From NCBI GenBank assembly GCA_026025795.1, contig JAPEUG010000015.1, positions 1 through 64,000 of the forward strand: a DNA stretch of 64,000 nt. Direction: 5' to 3'. Shown one piece after another: positions 38,071-49,716 of this stretch (the stretch's first letter is position 1; the number at the start of each line of letters is the position of its first letter). Source of the stretch: Thelocarpon superellum (lineage: Eukaryota). Both the position numbers and the translations under genes were made by a program. Under the pieces are notes generated by a model. The model did no database searches. It was not told where the DNA came from and worked only from the letters and a program-made list of their open reading frames with translations.

Positions 38071-38328
38071 GAGGTGATCTCGGGGCCTGCCCCACACGCA
38101 CATTGGAATGGATTTCCTCAGCAGCAACATACCCTATCAGTGGGCCAGCGCCGTGGAACAATGGATCACTCTTAAAATACCGTAAAAGCCGAAATGTGTC
38201 CCCGGTGATGTGTAGAAGGATTCAGCGCTCTATGTAACCTAATCTACTCGGCGTTTGATCTCGGTAGGCTAGCCCCCCTGAGTCATTGTGGATTCGTAGC
38301 GTCGTCCATTCATTGAGTACCACGACGC

Positions 38329-39823
38329 CTATCGAACGCCCTTCTCCCTAACGCTGCCTGCGGCACCACTATCCTCCGAGGCTGGAACAGGGGCAGAAAG
38401 AGGAGTAGGCCAAGGAGCGCCGTGTTGGACAAGATGCTGCTCCGCACGAGACACACATTCTTCCAGTACTGTCCAGAAAGTCGAGACGTCGACGGACCGA
38501 GGGATCGTGATTCCCGGCCTTGGGTGTGTTTGGCTTTCTCCCGCACCTGCTGCTTCCATGTTTCCTTGCGCTGGCGTCTGGCTCGTCTCCACTTTCTGCG
38601 CCAATACTCGACCGGTCTGCGCCCCATGATCGCCGTGGTGGCCATCTGTCACCACCTCGACGATCCACCTCTCCCCTTCGGCATCGGCGAATGAGATCTG
38701 AGGGGTGACGCTTTTCCAGAGGAGCACGGCGACAGCTACGGGATCATGAAGCGGCGGCCCGGCCACGAGCCCGAAGACGTCGGCATATGTGGTGGCGAAG
38801 AAGGTGAGGAGGTCGTGCAGGAGACGACGGAGAGGGAGACCGGACGGTGGCGACGAGGAAGATCCAGCGAGACTCGTCGCAAGAGTGCGGGGCCCATAGA
38901 GCAGGAGGGTTTGGACTTCAGCTGTTGCTAAGACTTGGTGTGTGAGGTCCAGGGGGATAAGCGTCGTCTTGCTTGTGAGAGCTGGATTGGAAAAGATGGA
39001 ACGTGCGGATTCAGGGTCGCACTGCCATACCAGTCATCAGTCTTGCGCTGGAGTGTATTTGGGCTGGCTCATCTCGACGTACGTAGATGTTGAACTCGGC
39101 CCATTTCGTCACGTTCCCCAACCGTTCGCCCTCGCCTTCAACCTTTCCCAAAGGCGCATCGCTGAAGCCTCCTCCGATCGCTCCGCCCATGACGCTGAGG
39201 CCTTTGATCCATGTTGACACGTCAGGGTATGCCGCGAAGAGGATTGCAACGTTCGTGAGCGAGCCTGTGGTGACCACCCAGGCTGTATCCTTGGGGGTAG
39301 AGAGGATTGCGTCGCGCGCCGCTTCTATCGCATTGTGTTTGCCAGCGGCTGGGGCCGTGACGGGAGGGAGAAGGTCGGTGCCATCGATTCCAGATGTGCC
39401 TCTTCAACTCAGTCTCAGACGATGTGGAGCCAGGAGGGCTTCCATACCGTGGATGTCCGGGGCATGCACGGCTGACCGACAAAATGGTCGACGGTGACCG
39501 GCGTAGACGGGGACATCCAAGCGCCCGATCGCGGCCAAGACTCTGCGGGCGTTATCAGTCGTTCGATCGAGGGAAGCGTTGCCATGTACGGTACTGATCC
39601 CGAGGAGCTGAAGGCTGGGATGATGGGCTGCAAGAAGGATGGCGAAGGCGTCCTGAAGAAGACATCAACGCCGTCCTTCGAAGGTCCTAGAGTGGCTACC
39701 TAGCCTGGCAGGAAGTGTACATCATGGCCTTGACTTTGTTAGTATCAGTTACCGCTCATTGGCCCTTAACTGGGACGTCTCACCTGGGTCACAGTCCAAC
39801 CAAAGAGGAATGCGTTCTCCCAT
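38329..39823 (-). CDS. URH1: Inosine/uridine-preferring nucleoside hydrolase (Urh1-like), spliced
   Basis: IPLWLDCDPG|HD|DAFAI (DxDxxxDD motif rebuilt through an 8-nt exon), TGSLTN, MGG, AEFNIY|CDPE, PLDLTH, PPLHDP. Confidence 0.88.
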
Positions 39824-40248
39824 GTCGTGCGACTACAGTTCACAGAATCCGCTTGTCATGGCGTTCTTCTTTGTCACTGGCGTGAGCAGACTGGCGATCG
39901 TTCTGATGCCGCGGTTGCTGCTTAGGATTCTGTCGTGAGGATGAGGCAGGTGCAGAGTTTCTAACGGTCTCTGAAGGGTTCGGGTATCATATCATCAGTT
40001 GATCCCACAGTGATCGGCCATGTGTGGTGAGATTGGAATCATTCACGAATACGAACCGACCGTATGAATACGAACTCCTACCGCGTCCATCCATGCTCAT
40101 GCTACTCATAACGAGCTCAACAACGCACTTCCCCCACTACACATCTTACATTCTCATCCCCATATGCTTCGTGTCACGTAAGGGAGACTCGCACAGTTAC
40201 ACTTGATGTGGCGAGGGCTAATCGCATACTGATCCTTGTGAGACGGTT

Positions 40249-41139
40249 TTACTTTTGAGCGTCGGCTGCCATGCTGGCCTGGATCCATTTCCTTCCCTCC
40301 GCCGCAAGAGCCTCAATCTCTTCCTTGGAGCGCGAATCCACCGCCGGATCGGGGACATTCCGCCCCCGTTCAACTCCCGGTCGGGCCAACATGCGCTGCT
40401 CCCATGCTTTCAGGGTCGGGAACTCGGTGAGATCGACCCCGGCGTAGCTTGAAATCTTGATCCAGCCAATATGGGCGATATCGGCAATGGTGCATTTGTT
40501 CCCCACGAGATATTCCGTCTTGGCTGAGGCGAGATGGGAATCCAAGACCCGATAGAGGCGTCGGGTTTCATTCCGGTATCGATTGATTCCATACTCGATG
40601 TGCTCGGGCGCGTAACGTGAGAAATGGTTGGCCTGTCCCTGCATCGGCCCCACGCCGGCGTTCAAGAAGAACAACTTCCGGACACAGTCAGCCTTTCTAG
40701 GATCTTCCGGGATGCTTGGTGTAGGGATACCCAATTGGTCATCTCGATATGCTCTCTCGAGCCAGGAGGATAGGAAATCTTGTATTCTGGGTCATAGCGT
40801 GCGACGAGGTATTGCTGAATGGAACCCGACTCAAACACTCGGACGGTCTTCCCGTCGGTGAAGGTGTCAGTGATGGCGGGGATGCGTCCATTTGGGTTGA
40901 TCTCCAAGAACCATGGCTCTTTTTGGGTGTTCTTTGAAATGTCTATCTTATGCGTCCTATAAGCAAGTCTGTCACCAGCACAGTGTTAGAAGCAGCTCAT
41001 CCAGTCAGGGTGCCTCATGTTAGCGAGCTGGTAGTTCTAGGAAATCAATGTACCCGAGCTCCTCGAGAGTGATGCTAATTTTGACGCCATTGGGCGTGTT
41101 GGTGGTATAAAGCGTAATGTCAGGCTTTGGAGTAGTCAT
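40249..41139 (-). CDS. Glutathione S-transferase, Ure2/YfcG-like class, spliced
   Basis: LYTTNTPNGVKISITLEELG, EINPNGRIPA, FESGSI..YL, GPMQGQANHF, TIADIA. Confidence 0.92.
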
Positions 41140-41614
41140 GGCGATGGCAGAGGTGGTGATGTGTTTCTTTACTTGAGTGAGTCGTAGCATGCGTCGGTTC
41201 ATTCAGCGACCGCTGAAGAAAGATCCAAGGGCTTGGCCAAAGTCAAGGTAGGACGGCGGCAGGCGGCTCTATTTACAAGGTCCATGGCGGGGCCGTGGGG
41301 CATCTAACGAAAACTGACGTTATTTGAAATCAGGTCCATTACTCGGGATAGGCTCCACGCTAATGCAAGCGTGCTCTGCCGTGAATTCCTTCCGACAACC
41401 TGACCATTAGTAATAACTAATCCGTCCACACCGGCTTCTCCATTTCGGTAGCGAGCCCACAGGCATCGCCTGTCGACAGCGGTGTCACGCTCAGTCACGT
41501 GATCCTGCCCTCGCTAACGTTTGGTCTGACTTTGCCTCATCTTGTTCACGACTTGTTGAGCTCGACGAACGAAGATCTCTTCAAACCTCACTTTCTGACT
41601 GATCTCGCTCCACA

Positions 41615-43995
41615 ATGTCGTGGCGTGGTCAAGGAATCACCGGGTCCAACAACATTCCCTTAGGGAGTCGACGTCGATTCGGCGGGGATGACGCGCCTCC
41701 GTCCGGCGGAGACGGAGGCTACAATCCATCGCAGCCTGCCTCAGGGCTCTCTGATCCAAGTTACAAGCGTGGTCGTAGTCCTGTCCGAGGTATGTCCTGC
41801 TCCCCGAAACCTCCTGTACCGCCTTTTACTGACCCTCTGTAGCTGACCCAGCTGAAGATGGCGTCAAGAAACGCAAGAAGAGAAACCGATGGGGCGACAA
41901 CAACGAGAACAAGGCCGCTGGTCTCATGGGCCTTCCTACCATGATCACCGCGAATATGACCAACGAGCAGTTGGAGGCATACACCTTGCATCTGCGCATC
42001 GAAGAGATCAGCCAGAAGCTGAGGATCAATGATGTTGTCCCCGCCGACGGTGACCGGTATGTCGACAAGGCTACCTTTTTCAATACTGGAGACCTGACGT
42101 GATTGGCGTCGCGTGACAGATCTCCTTCGCCGCCACCGCAGTACGATAACCAAGGCCGTCGTGTGAACACGCGGGAATATCGTTATCGCAAGCGTCTCGA
42201 GGACGAACGACACAAGCTCATCGAGAAAGCGATGAAGATCATTCCGAATTATCATCCGCCCTCCGACTACCGTCGGCCTACGAAGACGCAAGAGAAAGTC
42301 TATGTGCCAGTCAATGACTATCCGGAGATTAACTTCAGTATGATTGCTGACCCTCAATTTCTAACCCGTCCAATCTGCCTACTCTTATCTGTGTTGATTT
42401 CCCTGCTTTTCTTTTCTCTATGCGTCCGGCATACGTGGAGGACTTTGTGCTGCAGGATCACTAACCTATCGCCCGCGTACTCACCTTGCTCCTACCCTGG
42501 AACCATCATTCACTAACACATAGCTTGCTTTTTCCTACTAAAGTTGGACTTCTCATCGGGCCTCGTGGCAACACCCTGAAGAAGATGGAGACAGAGTCAC
42601 AGGCCAAGATTGCCATCCGTGGCAAAGGATCCGTCAAAGAAGGGAAAGGGCGCTCGGACGCCGCTCACACCAGCAACCAAGAGGAAGATCTTCACTGCTT
42701 GATCATGGCCGACACGGAAGAGAAGGTCAACAAGGCGAAGAAGCTGATCCACAACGTCATCGAAACGGTACGTCCCTACCCCACCCCACCTTTCTCACAT
42801 TGTTGCTGATTGCCGAATCGTCAGGCTGCTTCCATTCCCGAAGGCCAGAATGAGCTCAAGCGCAATCAACTTCGCGAGCTTGCCGCTCTCAACGGCACCC
42901 TCCGTGACGATGAGAACCAAGCCTGCCAGAACTGTATGTGTCGCCCATCCTTTCTCAGAAGTCCCCGGCTGACTCCTCGTAGGTGGACAGATCGGACATC
43001 GCAAATATGACTGCCCCGAGCAGCGAAACTTCACCGCCAACATCATTTGCCGCGTCTGTGGAAACGCAGGCCACATGGCGCGCGACTGTCCCGATCGCCA
43101 GAGAGGCACGAATTGGCGCAATGATGGCCCCGGTGGCTTTGACGGCCGCCCTGGACCGGGCAAAGCCATCGGCCAGGGAGATGCGGTTGATCGCGAGTAT
43201 GAGGTGCGTCTACTCACTGCAACCCGCTCCATCCGCAACCGGTGTCACTGACCATTTCCTTCAGCAACTCATGCAAGAACTCTCTGGGGGTGCCCCTGGC
43301 GGCAACGGTGCCGCTCCTCAGCGCATCGAGGGTGGGCCCGGTTACGATAGCGCGGCTGGTGGTCCTGGCGGATACGGCGGGGATGAAGACCGGAACCTGA
43401 AGCCATGGCAACGCGGTCCCACCGGTGCTGCAGCGCCGTGGCAGACGCGTGGCCGCGACGATGGTGACCGCCGTGGCGATTATCCACCTCGTGAGGGTGG
43501 ATCTGGTTCAGTACCTCCGTGGGCCAGTGGCGGAGGTCGTGGTGACAGCTACGGCTATGGCAACGCCGCGGGTGGATATGGCGCCCCGCCTCCCCCGCCT
43601 GGTGCCGGAGCACCTTGGCAACAGCCTTCGCGTGGTCCACCGGGTGGTCAGCCCGGCTACGGAGGCTACGGAGGCTACCCGGGATCCGGATACAATGAAC
43701 AGAACCCGGCTTTCCCGCCGCCGCAGAACATGGGCGCCCCTCCTGGTCTCGCCGGAGCTCCACCTGGAGGGCTTGGTGCCCCACCTGGTCTCGGCGCTAC
43801 CTATCAAGGCTATGGCGGTAGCCCACCGCCGCCTCCTCCTCCACCACCTGGCGGCGCCCCACCTCCACCTCCCCCTGGTGGAGCCCCGCCCCCTGTAAGT
43901 GCATCATCACGAATCCAAAGCTACCGCGAATATGTTTACTAATCCATGACCAGCCGCCGAGCGAGCAGCCACCGCCCCCTCCCCCGGGAGCTTGA
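41615..43995 (+). CDS. MSL5: Branchpoint-bridging protein / splicing factor 1, spliced
   Basis: KRKKRNRWG (ULM), [15 protein letters not shown]2 ([18 protein letters not shown]), two CCHC zinc knuckles and a Pro/Gly-rich tail. Confidence 0.95.
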
Positions 43996-46486
43996 TGCCC
44001 TCCACGATGTGGTGATGACTGCGGGCCTCATGCTTGGAAAGATGAGTATTGGCGGATGACGTAAGATGTTGGTGAAGATTGGGGACCACGAAATGGAGGA
44101 GCCTGATCTCGCCGTCGCTACGCCTTCTTCCTCAGCATTGTATAGTGCTTCATTTTCTTTGCCCTGTGCCGCATTCCGTGGTTTCTTTTTCACCTCAAGT
44201 CCTCGTGTACTATTCAAGTAGTCCTTCGTAAATTGCACGTTACGTTCTGTGGAAACCGGGCTATCCGACACCACATCAAAACGGACACAGCCGCGAGCGT
44301 ATAATCACTTGAATACAATACCGCCGTTACGTTCGAGAGTCCAGGACGTCTTCATTTCGTGAGGCTCTTCGCCAAAAAGGCAAACCATGCAGCAGCGGGA
44401 ATTGGTTGGTCGTCACCGACGCAACTACTAATTCGCCGATCTGTGGCTTATGTACGGCAGAGCGGACGGGATGCCCAGTTTTCCACAGTCTATGGGTGCA
44501 TGTGTCAGAAACGTTTGATAGGTCTTCTATCTCATGCCCGAGACTGGAATCAGCTTCAAGCGATCTCCGCTGGTATTCATCCCCTCCTTCCACCCAACCG
44601 CGATCTACAGCCTCTACTTTCGTAAATTCGTCCTTGTCAGTGACATCCCCAGGCCATGCTACGGAGTACTGCGCGACTGTTACCCCTCACCGGTTCCGTT
44701 GAAGTTCGAGCCCAGGCGTTCAGGGGTGAGTGGTTGTGAGCGTCTGTGTGACCGGAGCTTCTTCCAGTTGTGGCCATGGCGTCTCTCGCCATTGCAACCT
44801 GGGAGCGATACTCCGCTATGCTCTCCCACCTCCCCTTCGTCGTGACCTCCTCTAAACGCCTTCATTGTTTGGAAAGCGGCACATAGCTTCGGGGCATCGT
44901 GAACACGGCTTAGGCGCGCGGCTTTAACGGGCGCGATGGCGAAGAGAAATTCTCCAGCACCGGCTCAAGGTCGGCTAGCAGTGGGCTGTACTCGTAGAGG
45001 TCGTGGCCAATGCCACGCTGGGGGCATTCGCCAAGTGCAAGACTTGTGGTGCCGTGTGGCACCCGCAATCGAAGTGCCTCGATACTCTCCAATGTCCCTC
45101 GTCGCAGTTTTTTCGGATGGTCGGCGTGCTCTGTCCGACTGGATAGTCAATCTCCACTCTATAGCCTCGTCGACCACCCACCTAGGATTTGGCCCTCTTG
45201 AGACATCAGAGTAAGCTTCACTCTTTCAGCCTGGGCCGCCTTACCAAGTCTTCGCGCATTCCCAATTTCACACGGGAGCTCCTATCTCGCGAGCGATTCC
45301 GCTCAGTTCTAGCGCGGATTGGGGAAATGTAATGAAGGCTTGAATCTTGAGAAAAAATAATCAAGCATTCTTAGCTCTTGTGCATGCGTCTTACGATTCG
45401 CACCTACGGGCACAAGCGAACTAATACGTGGTGGAGGAAATGAAATAACGAGATGTTCGGGCGCCGTCGGCGCAGCGTCCTGCTGATATTAACACTGCCT
45501 TGGAACTGGGGCTATGGGACCTGAGAAATTGTTGCCAATGCTGTTCTCGCAGGAGAGATACAAGCCACACAGCGGGGAAACCAAGGTGCTCCGTACTCAG
45601 TGCCATGGCTCTACGATCTAGGAAAATTGTACGAGGAGTACAGAAGGTCTATCAAGACGCTGGTCAGCCATTGACGTGACCTGGTTCGGGCGCACCACTT
45701 GGTCTCAACGGTGGGCGACGCGTCTCCGGCGACGCATAAACGCCTCGGCAGTCGTGACGGCTCTGTTGGAACAACCACCCTGATCTTCATATCGTGCACA
45801 GTCACAGCCCCCACGATCGCCCGCTGTATAGGCCGGGGATGTTTATGTACGCCCCGAGAGGGATCGAGACCTAGTCAAGGACAGCGTTTCAACGCGGCGG
45901 AAATGACAGCATCGTCGTTGTTCGGCGGTCTGGCGGTCGGCTCGGGTGAGTTGACCGGGGCCCGAAACAATCTAAGCGGGCGGCTCCATCCTCTGCAATC
46001 ACCGCCGCGCCGTCAGGAACGCGGCCCTTTCGTCGTCGTCACGTCGGCCCACCAATAGGAAAAGCCGTTCCCGTCCCACGGTGTTGCAGGCGCTCGGATC
46101 AAAGAAGAGCATCGGCCATGCGCCCAAGCTTCACCCTAATCGAGACGACTATCTGATGGCAAGCGCACTGGCCAGGCTCTGATCGTGCCGCTCCCACCTC
46201 CCGGCCCCATATCGGGCACGCCGTCGTGATCAAGGGCATTAGCTCATGAAGCCCAGGATCTCGACCCCGCAGGCATTGTGTGTGATCCCCACTCATGACG
46301 GCTGCGTCGATCCGCGGGCGTGGCGTTTCTGACAAGACGATGAGCCAATGACGGATCGACGATGTTGCCATCCTTCGTTCCGAGTGCGCCCTCTTCGTGT
46401 TGCGTTAGTGTGATGAGGTGGAGATCGTCTCCAGCAGTGCGAAAAGCAGACAAGGGTCGACTGATGCTCTGCGTGCGTTGCTTTCC

Positions 46487-46493
46487 TATATAA
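46487..46493 (+). promoter_or_regulatory. TATA box (TATATAA) of the GH5 gene
   Basis: About 90 nt upstream of ATG 46583. Confidence 0.6.
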
Positions 46494-46582
46494 CATGGCG
46501 CCTGCAGTTCCGTTGCACTGCGCAGCTCTCTGCTCGCGGCCCTTTCTTCTTCTGACGAGCATCCACTCTTTTGTGCTCCACG

Positions 46583-48422
46583 ATGGTTCCCAAACTCACT
46601 TCTTTCGTGGCACTGTCCGCCCTCTGTGTGGGCTCGACCGTGGCCAATGTGCAATACGGTACGCTCTCGGCCAAACATTCGGGGGAACAGTGGAGGGCTC
46701 ATATGCTCCCCAGGTGGAATTAACATTGCCGGCTTTGACTTTGGTATTGATACTACCGTAGGCATCCTGGAATCCTTGGTGCTGGGTCATGGCTGACATC
46801 GTGAAGGGATCTGGATCCGCCTCGCAAGCCTATCCACCTCTGAAGGCCATCTCTGGTATCGACGGAGTTGGGCAAATGCAACATTTCGTAACCGACGACA
46901 AGTTCAATGCCTTCCGCCTGCCCGTCGGCTGGCAATATCTTGTCAACGATCAAGTGGGGCCAATCGACCCGTCGAATCTTGCAACGTACGATCAGCTCGT
47001 GCAAGGATGTCTCCAGACGGGTGCCCTGTGCATTATTGACGTGGGTTTAATGCCGGCTGGGACCTGCCCTGTCATGCTGACTTGACCTAGATCCATAATT
47101 ATGCACGGTTCAATGGTGGAATCATCGGCCAGGGTGGTCCCAGCAATGAGCAGTTCGCCGACTTTTGGGGCAGCCTCGCCACCAAATATGCCTCGCAGGA
47201 CCAGGTGGCCTTTGGTCTGATGAACGAGCCGCACGACCGTACGGGCCCTGGACGCGCAACCCAGACTCGGGTTCACTAAGGACGCGGCTAACACCTGCCA
47301 TAGTGAATGTTGATGAATGGACTCAATCTGTACAAGCTGCGGTGACGGCCATCCGCGGCGCCGGCGCCAACAACAACATGGTCCTCATGCCCAGCACCAG
47401 CTACACAAGCGCCGCGACGTTGGTGTCTTCGGGTTGTGCCGCGTCACTGAATGGGGTCACCAATCCCGACGGTTCCAAGACCAACCTGGTCTTTGACGTA
47501 CATCGCTACTTTGACGGCGACGGCAGCGGGACGAGCACGGACTGCGTGTCAGCCAATATCGCCGACTTTCAGTCTGTGGCAGACTTCATGCACGCCAACA
47601 ATCGGCAAGCATTCGTCACCGAGATTGGAGGTGGGAGTACTCCATCCTGCATACCAATCGTCTCCCAGGTCATCGATTTCTTGAAGTGAGACTCTCCTTA
47701 GGGAAGCGACGGCTGGGGCGCTGACTTTCTGGTCCAGCAACCATTCGGATGTCTATCTTGGCTTCACTTCGTGGGCCGCTGGTTCCTTTGCCACGAACTA
47801 CAACCTCGCCGAGACGCCGACTGGATCGACGGACACGCCTATCGTCGCTCAGGCTATCGAGCCTGCGTTCGACGGCGGCTCCGGTGTGACTACTGCTGAA
47901 AGTAGTGAATCTAGCGCAACGACCACTGGAGCGTCCAGGTCCACTGCTGCGACGTCCACGGCTGCTGCTGCTTCTTCGCTTCTGTCGTCTCCATCCGCGT
48001 CATCTTCATCTGGACCATCCTCGACGGCGCCGACCTCGGGCGCATCTCCCATAACACCTCAGACTGCGCCTTCCGCTATCGCAGGTGCTGTGGATGCCGC
48101 CGGTTCCAGTGGTGGAAGCAGCGATACCGGCGGGGCCAGCGGCGGGAACAGCACCGGGGCTGGGGCAAGCAGCCCCAGCGCCTCAGCGGAAGCGGCCAGC
48201 GGTTCTAGCACCCCCATCGCAAGCATGACCGCGGGCAGCGACAGTAGAACAGGGACCGGTGCCAGCAACGCACCTGCACCTACTCCCACCGGCGACATCC
48301 CAGGCGATGGTGGCTGCGATGTTGAGTGGGTGACAGTACCGGAGGAGGAGCCGAGTCCCACCCCGACCGTTGCCGCCGAGATGAGGAGGGTCATGATTCG
48401 TGGGGCGGGCCGCTTCGATTGA
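46583..48422 (+). CDS. Secreted GH5 endo-beta-1,4-glucanase (GH5_5-like) with long S/T/G/A tail, spliced
   Basis: Signal peptide; GINIAGFDFG; FRLPVGWQYL; IID|IHNYARFNG; MNEPHD (acid/base Glu); FDVHRY; FVTEIGGG (nucleophile Glu); WAAGSF. Confidence 0.92.
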
Positions 48423-49716
48423 CATTCGACCTCTTTCTCTCCCCATTGCGGGGATCAAGCCTACAGCAGAGCTGAAGCACATTTCTGTATATACATATCT
48501 TCGGTATTTGACATTTTCCAATTCAATTCCATTCAACCAAAGTCCAAGAGTCATCATTATCTGGAGCTCCCCCAGAATTCCAAGGTAAAATAATCATACT
48601 GGGGCAATTTTCTACACTCGTAGTCGCAGCGATCGTTCAAGTGGACCTCCCGGATCTGTAACCTCACCTCGTCAATTACCGGCAAGCCTCTCCGGTAATG
48701 AACTGTCGCGACAGGTGAGTAAGAATGCATCGTGAAGAGCTCCCAGTATGTATGTATCCGCGAACTTGGTGCGCGAACGGTCCTCATGAACAGCAGGATC
48801 AGTCCGCTTGCGAAGGTATTCGCACTTGTTCAAGAGATCGCCTTACGACCTACGCTCTACGGCGGTAACGCCCGGCAGCGACCGGGGGAAGCTAGCGGCT
48901 CACGAACGAATCTTCGACGAGGCTGGCCAGATCAAAGCGGCATCGGACACACCCGATTGCAGCAGCGAAGGGCGCAGGGTAAGAACGTGCTGTGTCGGGA
49001 CGGCATCATCCTCCGCATTTGCTTCGACTTCGCTGTGGAGCCCCCTTCGGATGTGGTTGCATTCGGCGTCTCGCAATACACGAGGACGTGCCTGTATGCC
49101 ACGTGCCTCGTGCCAATGATGACACATCATCGTTTACGAAGCAAAATTCCCGTTGAATGATTTCGTCTTCTTAGGGGACTCGTAAACGTCTGGTAGCGTA
49201 AGGAAGCGGCTGGGCGGGGACGGCGCACAAAGTCTGCAGAGTTCGCACGAGGGCTTGCCAGTAGGGGGGACAGATCCCGGAGGCTCGGGCCCTTCGGTCA
49301 GCCGTGGCGTCGCGTTTGGGGGCGTCGTCGCGCCAGGTTCCGTAAGGCGAGGGACGGGAGTATGCAAGCGCACAGATCCATGCCAACCAAGAGTAACGTA
49401 ACTTCTGCTCACCAGACGATTTGGTGGATCTTGCAAGGGCACAAGCTCTTCGGATGCTGTGCAGGCCAGCTTCACGCTCAGCACCATCCAACGTCGACGG
49501 CACCCTTCAGCCCTTGACCTGACTCGAGCGCGCGCGCGTCGTGCCACCGACCGAGTCCCGCCATCGTGTCTCCAGCATGTCCTTGACTGCTATACGGCAT
49601 TCTTCCAGCCACCAACGCCTCCCCCGTAGCATCGCGTGCACCTCGACCGCTCGGCAATCACGTCGTCGGCTTTGGCCATTCGGCACGCCGCCGCCGTCCC
49701 CTCCACCATCGATCCG

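Noticed and set aside
48450..49650. Possible gene between GH5 and EFR3, including an 8-bp inverted repeat near 48675-48699
   Set aside because: The ORFs are short with no recognisable homology, and the stem length is within chance expectation.
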